A stretch of 42,583 nt of DNA from an uncultured Acetobacteraceae bacterium. Lineage in GTDB: Bacteria > Pseudomonadota > Alphaproteobacteria > Acetobacterales > Acetobacteraceae. Location of the stretch: contig CAXTUK010000001.1 of NCBI GenBank assembly GCA_964247395.1, forward strand, positions 1-42,583. Reading direction: 5' to 3'. The translations under genes and the position numbers were made by a program. Of the stretch, positions 16,551 through 24,540 are shown in pieces. Each line of letters opens with the position of its first letter. Position 1 is the stretch's first letter. The notes beneath the pieces are model-generated. The model ran no database searches and was not told where the DNA came from. It was given only the letters and a program-made list of their open reading frames with translations.

Positions 16551-17669
16551 CTATCCGATGTGACCGCAGCGATCCGCCAGCGCGGCCGGGTTCCTGCCGG
16601 CGAGTTCCGCTCGCAACCACTCGCCAAGTTCGCGGCTGTATGCCTCGGCGCCGTTCGCGTTGAAGTGCCAGGCATCGCCGAAGAACCTGTCCGGCCAGCA
16701 CGGGACCGCAGGCCCGACGACCCGGGTTCCATGAAAGCGCATGGAGGTCGCGCGGAGATAGTTGGCGACCTGCTCACCGACGCGTTTGGGAACGCGGTCA
16801 TAGCTGGCCTGATTGATCGGCATCGCCAACAGCAGGACCGGCACGCCGCGCTTGGCGAGCAGGCCGAGCGTCCGCGAGAGATAGAGATCGATCAACGGCG
16901 ATATCGACGCGTTGCCGGCCTTGACCTCCGTCGTGAGCTCGCTGGAGCCCGACGCCGTTCCGAACAGCGCGTGGCCGGAGGCGGACAGGCAGTCATGCAG
17001 GGCGCGCCGATTGTGCGCCCATCGGGCGGCGAGCCCGGCATTGACCAGGCTGTCGAAATAGAATCCCGGAAACCGGACCGCAAACAACAGATCGCGCACC
17101 ATCGGAGGAAGCTGGTCGCCTCGCCGCAACCGCTGGAGTTCGCGGTCGTGCAGGCGGCCCGCGTCGTCGTCGACCAGCCGCATGGCTCGCAGGCCGAGGA
17201 AACCTGTCCGGGCGCCGAAATTCCAGTAGTCCGGATCGGCGGTGAATTTGAGCGGGCCATGGGCGATGACGACGAGACGCGGCGGCGTCGGGCACCGCAG
17301 CGCACGGGACACCGCGAAGTAGGTCTCGATCGGACTGGTCCCGGACAGGGCGAAGTTCTTCACGGCGACCGGCATCACTCTCGGATCGATCGCGGCCAGC
17401 GTCCGGCTGTCGCCGAACACGGCGACGGAGCCGAGCTGACAGGCATCGAGCATCGTCCGTTTGGCGACCCAGAGCGGATAATCCCGGCTGAGGAAGGCCA
17501 TCGGTGCCGCCGCGACATAGATCCACGCCAGACCAAACAGGGCAACGAACGTGACGCCGAGCCACTCGAGGAAGCCCGGCGTCGCCCATCTGGTGGACCG
17601 GATCGAGCGAGCCGGCCGAGCCGTTTCGTCCTGATCCCCGGCGACCCGCAGCATGGTGGCATCGATCAT
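16551..17669 (-). CDS. Membrane-anchored SGNH-hydrolase-like protein (DltD/AlgJ-role O-acyltransferase candidate)
   Basis: N-terminal TM helix FLEWLGVTFVALFGLAWIYVAAAP, block I VAVFGDSRT (GDS) and C-terminal block V GDAWHFN (DxxH). Positioned directly after the MBOAT gene. Confidence 0.6.
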   Translation of the reverse strand: MIDATMLRVAGDQDETARPARSIRSTRWATPGFLEWLGVTFVALFGLAWIYVAAAPMAFLSRDYPLWVAKRTMLDACQLGSVAVFGDSRTLAAIDPRVMPVAVKNFALSGTSPIETYFAVSRALRCPTPPRLVVIAHGPLKFTADPDYWNFGARTGFLGLRAMRLVDDDAGRLHDRELQRLRRGDQLPPMVRDLLFAVRFPGFYFDSLVNAGLAARWAHNRRALHDCLSASGHALFGTASGSSELTTEVKAGNASISPLIDLYLSRTLGLLAKRGVPVLLLAMPINQASYDRVPKRVGEQVANYLRATSMRFHGTRVVGPAVPCWPDRFFGDAWHFNANGAEAYSRELGEWLRAELAGRNPAALADRCGHIG

Positions 17670-17682
17670 CGCGCGCGTCCGC

Positions 17683-19245
17683 TCAGAACCTGAAATAGAG
17701 GAACTCGCTGGTTCCCCCGATCGCCAGGACGCCCAGGCAACCCATCGCGCCGATCACCATCGCCGAGGGCAGGTCCGGCCGCCAGACGAGGCGTTGCAGG
17801 CGGCCGGCCTGCACCTGGCCGATCGCCGGATGGAACAGACGCATCATCTGCTGGGTGTTCGGCATTCCCCAGACGATCGAGTACAGAACGGCAACCCAGA
17901 GGACATGGCAGGCCAGCGCGATGGAGGCGGCGTCCGGAGCGCCGCCCAGGATGTGGGCCGGGAGACCGACCGGGCCCATTCCATGCAGCCCGATCATGCC
18001 GGCCAGGAGGTCCAGGGCGTCCGGGACCGACGCTGCACGAAAGAACACCATCGCGACCACGGTTGCGATGTAGGTCAGCAGGACGTTGCCGGCACGGACC
18101 GACCAGCCCGCATCCGCGCTGCCCCGGCGGCGGCGCAGGATGCGAAACGCGTGATTGGTCGTGAGATAGATTCCGTGCAGGGCCCCGAAGACGAGGAACT
18201 GCAGCCCTGCGCCGTGCCAGACGCCAGCCAAGGTCATGGTCAGGATCGTCGGAAACGCGACCATGGTCGCGAACCCCGACGACGTGGCCTGCGCCGCCCT
18301 GGTGATACCAAGCCCGTTGCGGGCGCGCCACCTCGTGATCGCCATGGCCATCGGGCCATACACGTACGACGCGAGGTAACGCGACAACGTCATGTGCCAT
18401 CGCTGCCAGTGCTCGATGATCGAGGCCGCCTTGTAGGGGGAGTCGAAGTTCAGCGGGAACTTGACGTTGAACATCCGGGCCAGGCCGATCGCCATGTCGG
18501 AGTAGCCGGAGAAGTCGAAATAGATCTGCAACGAGAAGCAGAGCGCGGCGTTCCAGGCGGCAAGTAGCGGCAGATGCCCCGCGTCCCCGAAGCCGGCGCG
18601 GACGACCGGTGCAAGCGGGTCCGCAAGCAGGCATTTCTTCGCGAGCCCGATCGCGAAGATCGACAGCCCGACCGAGAAATCCTCGCGAGAGAACCGCCAG
18701 GTCCGCCGGTCGGCGAACTGCGGCATGATCTCCTGGTGATGCAGGATCGGACCTGCGATCAGGTGCGGGAAGAACGTCACGAACAGGACGTAATCCAGCG
18801 GGCTGCGGTCCTCGTTCAAGCCCTGCATCCTGTCCACCAGGTAGCCGATCTGCGTGAACGTGAAGAACGAGATCCCGAGCGGCAGGACGAGATCGGGCAG
18901 CGTCGCGTGGATCAGCCCGAGCCCGGTCAGCGCATGCACGACGCTCACCAGATACTTGAAGGCGAACAGTGCGGCGAGATTGACCGAGATCGCGCCGGCC
19001 AGGCAGGTTGCCTGCAAGCGAGGCCGAGATCGAACCGCTCCGATCAGTTCCGCCGACCCGTAGTTGAAGGCGATGGAAGCGCCCAGCAGAACCAGCGACG
19101 AGGGATTCCACCAGCCATAGAAGACCAGCGATGCCAAGACCAGCCAGGAAGCCGCCGCCACCCTTCCGCTGCGGCAGCACAGACGAAAGCCCACCAGGAC
19201 GCACGGCATGAAGAGGAAGATGAAAACGTAGGAGTTGAACAGCAT
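17683..19245 (-). CDS. MBOAT-family membrane-bound O-acyltransferase (AlgI/DltB type) with extra C-terminal TM helix ending in FLYFRF
   Basis: MLFNSYVFIFLF N-terminus, GISFFTFTQIGYLVD, FPHLIAGPI, YFDFSGYSDMAIGLARMFN, and the catalytic-His block IIEHWQRWHMTLS. 520 aa. Confidence 0.9.
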   Translation of the reverse strand: MLFNSYVFIFLFMPCVLVGFRLCCRSGRVAAASWLVLASLVFYGWWNPSSLVLLGASIAFNYGSAELIGAVRSRPRLQATCLAGAISVNLAALFAFKYLVSVVHALTGLGLIHATLPDLVLPLGISFFTFTQIGYLVDRMQGLNEDRSPLDYVLFVTFFPHLIAGPILHHQEIMPQFADRRTWRFSREDFSVGLSIFAIGLAKKCLLADPLAPVVRAGFGDAGHLPLLAAWNAALCFSLQIYFDFSGYSDMAIGLARMFNVKFPLNFDSPYKAASIIEHWQRWHMTLSRYLASYVYGPMAMAITRWRARNGLGITRAAQATSSGFATMVAFPTILTMTLAGVWHGAGLQFLVFGALHGIYLTTNHAFRILRRRRGSADAGWSVRAGNVLLTYIATVVAMVFFRAASVPDALDLLAGMIGLHGMGPVGLPAHILGGAPDAASIALACHVLWVAVLYSIVWGMPNTQQMMRLFHPAIGQVQAGRLQRLVWRPDLPSAMVIGAMGCLGVLAIGGTSEFLYFRF

Positions 19246-19260
19246 CGGCCGGGGAATACC

Positions 19261-19527
19261 CTAGCGCGCAGCCACGGAGGATCTCTCCTCGATCAGCCTC
19301 ACGAGTTCTCCGACGTCGCTCAATCGGCCCAGCTCGCCCGACCGTAAATGGATGCCGAACGCCTGCTCCGCCTCCACCGTGAAGGAGACTTGAGTCAGCG
19401 AATCCCAGCCGCGCAACTCATTCATCGGCGTGTCCGGCCGCACTGCCAACCGCGGCACGTCCAGGACCTCCTGAAGTATGGTCTCGACCCGGCTCAGAAC
19501 GGCCTGCTTCATGATGAGGAGATCCAT
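19261..19527 (-). CDS. Carrier protein (DltC-role candidate), Ser attachment motif GWDSLTQV
   Basis: 88-aa ORF (83 aa if it starts at the second ATG, 19512) immediately upstream of the MBOAT gene, with a 15-nt gap. It has the WDSL motif and the acidic helix pattern of PP-binding proteins. Confidence 0.7.
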   Translation of the reverse strand: MDLLIMKQAVLSRVETILQEVLDVPRLAVRPDTPMNELRGWDSLTQVSFTVEAEQAFGIHLRSGELGRLSDVGELVRLIEERSSVAAR

Positions 19528-19774
19528 TCGACGACGCGCGTGACCATCGCCCTGCGGCTCGGGACGCCCGGGGCAAGTCGTGAACCTACAATCCCGCGCC
19601 GAAAATCAGAATCATCAGAAAGGTCAGGGTTGAGTGAAGCGAGGCCGAAGCGCCGCTGACCGGGATGTCGGCGATCAGCCTTTCGGCCAAGCCCAAACAT
19701 CGAGCTTACCATTCGGCGACAAACGACTAACGTCTGGCCCGCGGACTGGCGCGGGCGCAACAGGGAGGCTCCTG
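19528..19774. promoter_or_regulatory. Divergent intergenic region (carrier/MBOAT operon leftward, GT4 genes rightward) with nested inverted repeats
   Basis: 247-nt gap. GCCGAAA (19598-19604) pairs with TTTCGGC (19681-19687), and GGTCAG (19622-19627) pairs with CTGACC (19656-19661). The distal ~100 nt are homologous to the leader of the second GT4 copy. GGGAGG RBS at 19763-19768. Confidence 0.35.
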
Positions 19775-22294
19775 ATGAAGATCGCTCTGATCCATGAGTG
19801 GTTCGTCACCTACGCAGGTTCCGAGAAGGTGCTCGAAGCCATCATGTCGGAGTATCCCCAGGCCGACATTTTCTGCCTGATCAACGATCTGCCGGACGAG
19901 CATCGTCACCGCTTTTCGGGTCGGTCGATCAGGACCTCGTTCCTGCAGCGCATCCCGTTCATCAGGAGATGCTATCGCTACGCCCTCTCGCTGATGCCGC
20001 TCGCGGTCGAGCAGTTCGATCTGTCCGGTTACGACCTGATCATCAGCAACTGCCACGCGGTCGCCAAGGGAGTGATCACCGGGCCCGACCAGCTGCATAT
20101 CTGCTACTGCTACACGCCGATGCGCTACGCGTGGGACCTGCAGTGCCAATACCTCGATGAATCCGGCCTGAAGAGTGGGTTGCGAAGTCTTGTTGCCCGA
20201 TGGCAGCTGCACCACGTCAGGATGTGGGACTATCGAGCGGCGCAGAGCGTCGATTACTTCATCTCCTGCTCGGCCTACATCGCTCGACGCATCCATACCG
20301 CCTACCGGCGCGAGTCGTCGGTGATCCACCCCAACGTCGCCGTCGAGGACTTCGTCATCGGTGGCGTCCGGGAGGATTTCTACCTGACGTCGTCGCGAAT
20401 GGTGCCCTACAAGAAAATCCATCTCATCATCCAGGCCTTCGCCGCCATGCCGGACAGACGGCTCGTCGTCATCGGCGCCGGTCCGCAGTTCGAGCGCTGC
20501 AAGGCGCTGGCTGGCCCGAACGTCGCCATGATGGGCTACCAGTCGCACGCGGTGCTGCTGTCGCACATGCAACGGGCGCGGGCCTTCATCTTCGCCGCCG
20601 AGGAGGATTTCGGCATCACCCCCGTCGAGGCGCAGGCCTGCGGCACACCGATCCTGGCCTACGCCCGCGGCGGCTCGGCGGAAACCGTGATCGACGGCGT
20701 CACCGGCCTGCATTTCCATCAGCAGACGCCGCTCGCCATCGAAGCCGTCGTCCGGGACTTCGAAGCCATCGAGGACCAGTTCGACCCGGAGACCATACGG
20801 TCCCACAGCCTCCGGTTCTCGACCGAGCGCTTCCGCCGCGAGATCAGGGCCTTCGTCGATGCGAGATGGACCGAGCACCGCCATCGTCTCGATCCGCCGC
20901 GCAAACGTCTCCTATTTCCGGAACTGCTCCTATCCACGCCAGCCGACGTCGCCGGAGAAGCGCATGTCCTCACGGTGTGAGGCACGCGCCCGACGCGGGC
21001 ACCGGTCGGCGGGGCCGGAATGAGGAAGGGCGGCCGCCTCACGCCCGAAAAATCAGCCTTTCGGTCAAGCTCGAACATCGACCTTACGACGAAGCGGCGA
21101 ACGACTACCGTCGGCAATATCGCGACCTGGCGCGGACGCAAGTTGGAGGCTCCTGATGAAGATCGCGCTGATCCATGAATGGCTCGTGACCTACGCAGGC
21201 TCCGAGAAGGTGCTCGAGGCCATCATGTCGGAATACCCCCAGGCCGATATCTTCTGCCTGATCGACGATCTGCCGAAGGAGCATCGTCATCGCTTTTCGG
21301 GCCGGTCGATCAAGACCTCCTTCCTGCAGCGCATTCCCTTCCTGGCGAAGTTCTACCGCTACACTCTCTTCTTGATGCCTCTGGCCGTCGAGCAGTTCGA
21401 TCTGTCCGGCTACGACCTGATCATCAGCAACTGCCACGCGGTCGCCAAGGGAGTGATCACCGGGCCCGACCAGCTGCATATCTGCTACTGCTACACGCCG
21501 ATGCGCTACGCGTGGGACCTGCAGTGCCAATACCTCGATGAATCCGGCCTGAAGAGTGGGTTGCGAAGTCTTGTTGCCCGATGGCAGCTGCACCACGTCA
21601 GGATGTGGGACTATCGAGCGGCGCAGAGCGTCGATTACTTCATCTCCTGCTCGGCCTACATCGCTCGACGCATCCATACCGCCTACCGGCGCGAGTCGTC
21701 GGTGATCCACCCCAACGTCGCCGTCGAGGACTTCGTCATCGGTGGCGTCCGGGAGGATTTCTACCTGACGTCGTCGCGAATGGTGCCCTACAAGAAAATC
21801 CATCTCATCATCCAGGCCTTCGCCGCCATGCCGGACAGACGGCTCGTCGTCATCGGCGCCGGTCCGCAGTTCGAGCGCTGCAAGGCGCTGGCTGGCCCGA
21901 ACGTCGCCATGATGGGCTACCAGTCGCACGCGGTGCTGCTGTCGCACATGCAACGGGCGCGGGCCTTCATCTTCGCCGCCGAGGAGGATTTCGGCATCAC
22001 CCCCGTCGAGGCGCAGGCCTGCGGCACACCGATCCTGGCCTACGCCCGCGGCGGCTCGGCGGAAACCGTGATCGACGGCGTCACCGGCCTGCATTTCCAT
22101 CAGCAGACGCCGCTCGCCATCGAAGCCGTCGTCCGGGACTTCGAAGCCATCGAGGACCAGTTCGACCCGGAGACCATACGGTCCCACAGCCTCCGGTTCT
22201 CGACCGAGCGCTTCCGCCGCGAGATCAGGGCCTTCGTCGATGCGAGATGGACCGAGCACCGCCATCGTCTCGATCCGCCGCGCAAACGTCTCCT
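19674..22294 (+). repeat. Tandem duplication, unit about 1381 bp (leader + GT4 gene), with an apparently 100%-identical 884-bp core (20030-20913 = 21411-22294)
   Basis: Compared by eye and through the ORF track. Three forward frames and the antisense frame give identical peptides across the core. The last 5' difference is T20029 vs C21410, and divergence resumes at 20914/22295. Confidence 0.9.
19775..20980 (+). CDS. Family-4 (GT-B, group 1) glycosyltransferase, tandem copy A
   Basis: [24 protein letters not shown]-terminus and the E-x7-E region [23 protein letters not shown]. The ATG at 19775 follows GGGAGG. The upstream part of track ORF 19634.. is rejected. Confidence 0.85.
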   Translation: MKIALIHEWFVTYAGSEKVLEAIMSEYPQADIFCLINDLPDEHRHRFSGRSIRTSFLQRIPFIRRCYRYALSLMPLAVEQFDLSGYDLIISNCHAVAKGVITGPDQLHICYCYTPMRYAWDLQCQYLDESGLKSGLRSLVARWQLHHVRMWDYRAAQSVDYFISCSAYIARRIHTAYRRESSVIHPNVAVEDFVIGGVREDFYLTSSRMVPYKKIHLIIQAFAAMPDRRLVVIGAGPQFERCKALAGPNVAMMGYQSHAVLLSHMQRARAFIFAAEEDFGITPVEAQACGTPILAYARGGSAETVIDGVTGLHFHQQTPLAIEAVVRDFEAIEDQFDPETIRSHSLRFSTERFRREIRAFVDARWTEHRHRLDPPRKRLLFPELLLSTPADVAGEAHVLTV

Positions 22295-22361
22295 GCCACT
22301 GGAGTTGCTCGGTCCGCTTTCCGACGAAATCAATGAAGAAGCAGGCGTCCTCACAGCATGA
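21156..22361 (+). CDS. Family-4 glycosyltransferase, tandem copy B
   Basis: 401 aa. Identical to copy A through the central/C-terminal core and diverged at the first ~85 and last ~22 residues. Its stop overlaps the gmd start (ATGA 22358-22361). Confidence 0.85.
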   Translation: MKIALIHEWLVTYAGSEKVLEAIMSEYPQADIFCLIDDLPKEHRHRFSGRSIKTSFLQRIPFLAKFYRYTLFLMPLAVEQFDLSGYDLIISNCHAVAKGVITGPDQLHICYCYTPMRYAWDLQCQYLDESGLKSGLRSLVARWQLHHVRMWDYRAAQSVDYFISCSAYIARRIHTAYRRESSVIHPNVAVEDFVIGGVREDFYLTSSRMVPYKKIHLIIQAFAAMPDRRLVVIGAGPQFERCKALAGPNVAMMGYQSHAVLLSHMQRARAFIFAAEEDFGITPVEAQACGTPILAYARGGSAETVIDGVTGLHFHQQTPLAIEAVVRDFEAIEDQFDPETIRSHSLRFSTERFRREIRAFVDARWTEHRHRLDPPRKRLLPLELLGPLSDEINEEAGVLTA

Positions 22362-23446
22362 AACGCGCGCTCATCACCGGCATCCTGGGCCAGGACGGGG
22401 CCTATCTGGCCCGGCTCCTGCTCCAGAAGGGCTATCGCGTCTTCGGATCCTACAGGAGATCGAGCTCGCACGATCCATGGCGTCTGGATCATCTCGGGAT
22501 TGCCGATCACCCGAACCTCGTTCTCGTGGTCAGCGACGTGACCGACGCCTGCTCCTGCATCAGGTTGCTCGAAGCGAGCGAACCGGACGAAGTCTACAAT
22601 TTCGCCGCCCAGAGCTTTGTTGCCGTCTCCTTCGACCAGCCGCACGTCACGACCCAGACCGACGCGATCGGCGCCTTGAATCTGCTGGAGGCGATCAGGG
22701 CCGTCGATCGCTCGATCCGGTTCTACCAGGCCTCATCGGCCGAGATGTTCGGACTGGTCCAGAGCGTGCCCCAGACCGAAGCGACCGCTTTCCATCCGAG
22801 AAGCCCCTACGCCGTCGCGAAGCTCTACGCCCATTGGATGGCGGTGAACTACCGCGAATCATACGGCATCTTCGCGAGTTCCGGCATCCTGTTCAATCAT
22901 GAGTCCCCTCTGCGCGGCATGGAGTTCGTCACCCGGAAGATCACTGACGCCGCCGCGCGCATCGCGCTGGGCGAAGACCTGTTGCTGGAACTGGGCAATC
23001 TGTGCGCGCTTCGCGACTGGGGCTACGCGGAGGAATATGTCGAAGGGATGTGGCGCATGCTGCAGGCGGAGGAACCCGACACCTTCGTCCTGGCGACCGG
23101 GAGGACGGTCTCAGTACGCGACTTCACGAGCATGGCATTCGCGCATGTCGGACTTGATCTCACCTGGCACGGCAGCGGCCTCGACGAACACGCCACCGGC
23201 GGCCGGGGTCGGCGGGAGATAGTTCGGGTCTCACCCCGCTTTCATCGCCCGGCCGACGTCGACGCCCTCGTCGGCGACTATTCGAGGGCGGAACGTGCGC
23301 TCGGCTGGCAGCCAAGCACGACCCTGCCCGAACTCTGCGCCTTGATGGTCGACGCGGATCTCCAACGTCACCGGCGGAAATCATCCCTTCCCAGAACCGC
23401 GACGCTCCGGCGAACGGTCTCGTGCCGATCGGTGGCGGGGGCGTAA
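22358..23446 (+). CDS. gmd: GDP-mannose 4,6-dehydratase, paralog 1
   Basis: Motifs [46 protein letters not shown], and [21 protein letters not shown]. It has a ~20-aa C-terminal tail beyond the paralog-2 end, and this tail overlaps the convergent GT4 gene. Confidence 0.9.
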   Translation: MKRALITGILGQDGAYLARLLLQKGYRVFGSYRRSSSHDPWRLDHLGIADHPNLVLVVSDVTDACSCIRLLEASEPDEVYNFAAQSFVAVSFDQPHVTTQTDAIGALNLLEAIRAVDRSIRFYQASSAEMFGLVQSVPQTEATAFHPRSPYAVAKLYAHWMAVNYRESYGIFASSGILFNHESPLRGMEFVTRKITDAAARIALGEDLLLELGNLCALRDWGYAEEYVEGMWRMLQAEEPDTFVLATGRTVSVRDFTSMAFAHVGLDLTWHGSGLDEHATGGRGRREIVRVSPRFHRPADVDALVGDYSRAERALGWQPSTTLPELCALMVDADLQRHRRKSSLPRTATLRRTVSCRSVAGA

Positions 23447-24540
23447 TCGCGCCAGGGCGCCGGCAGAATGTCGCGCACGACGTCGCCGAGTACGCGTGCC
23501 GATGCGGCCCAACTGAACCCGGCGGCGCGCACAAGCCCATCCGTCCTCATGCGGTTTGCGAGACCGGGCTCGTCGAGCAGACGCTCGGCCGCCGCGCACG
23601 ACGCGTCCGGATCGCCGGTCTCGAAATAGAGCGCGGCGCTGCCGCAGATCTCCTCGACAGCGCCACTCTCCGACGCGACGACCGGGCAGCCGCAGGCCAT
23701 CGCCTCCAGCGGCGGCAAGCCGAAACCCTCGTAACGAGACGGGAACAGCAGCAGCGCCGCGCTCCGGTACAGCGCATGCAGTTCCGCGTCGCTCACGAAA
23801 CCCAGCTTGCGCTCCAGTTCTCCGCCCTGCGCCTCGTCGCGGAACACTCCAGGGTAGAAAGCGCCGGCGGACGCGACCACCAGGCCGCGACGGGCCAGCA
23901 TCGACGCCGTCCGGCCGAGCGCGTGCAGGTTTTTGTGCGGCACCCGATTGCCGACCACGAGCGCGAACCGGCCGGCCTGCAGCCCGTGACGCGCAAGCGT
24001 GTCGGGGTCCGGTGCCGCACGCAGGATGTGGTCCGCTCCCTCCGACAGCACCGCAATCCGGTCCCGATCCAGGCCGAGCTTCGAGGCGATCCGGTCCCGT
24101 GAAAATCTCGACACCGTCGCGATCCGTGCGCCTCTGCGCACGAGCGCGTGCTGCAGGGCCTTGTACCACCCGCGAAAACGCCGCGAATAGGATTCCGGAG
24201 TGTCGAAGACCCCCGCATCGTGGATCACCACCACCTGCCGCCGACCGGCCAGCAGCGGCGCGGTGTTCCCGAGGCTGACCAGCACCCCGCCGCAGGCCGC
24301 CCGCGCCAGCTCGGTCTGTTCCCACATGTGGCCGTTCGTCCGGCCCACCTCGCGGGCGACGAGGTGGCGGAACGACGAGCCGCCCCGGCCGCCTGCACGG
24401 CCGGGCATCAGCAGCGCCGTCTCGGCCCAGCTGCCCGTCTCGATCAGCCGGTCGATCGCCGCGGTCATCTCCATCGAGAACCGTTGCACGCCGGTGACCG
24501 GCTGGGTCATGAAGCGGCCGTTGATGAAGACCGCCGTCAT
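23368..24540 (-). CDS. Family-4 glycosyltransferase (mannosyl/rhamnosyl-transferase-like)
   Basis: Only the last 390 codons of track ORF 23368..25944 are used. They contain [21 protein letters not shown] and the E-x7-E block [22 protein letters not shown]. The ATG at 24538-24540 overlaps the wzy stop (TGATG). Confidence 0.85.
   Translation of the reverse strand: MTAVFINGRFMTQPVTGVQRFSMEMTAAIDRLIETGSWAETALLMPGRAGGRGGSSFRHLVAREVGRTNGHMWEQTELARAACGGVLVSLGNTAPLLAGRRQVVVIHDAGVFDTPESYSRRFRGWYKALQHALVRRGARIATVSRFSRDRIASKLGLDRDRIAVLSEGADHILRAAPDPDTLARHGLQAGRFALVVGNRVPHKNLHALGRTASMLARRGLVVASAGAFYPGVFRDEAQGGELERKLGFVSDAELHALYRSAALLLFPSRYEGFGLPPLEAMACGCPVVASESGAVEEICGSAALYFETGDPDASCAAAERLLDEPGLANRMRTDGLVRAAGFSWAASARVLGDVVRDILPAPWRDYAPATDRHETVRRSVAVLGRDDFRR

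Noticed and set aside
19674-22294. The GT4 tandem repeat as a mobile element or integron-like cassette.
   Set aside because: There is no transposase, integrase, terminal inverted repeats or target-site duplication. The structure is a simple head-to-tail gene duplication.
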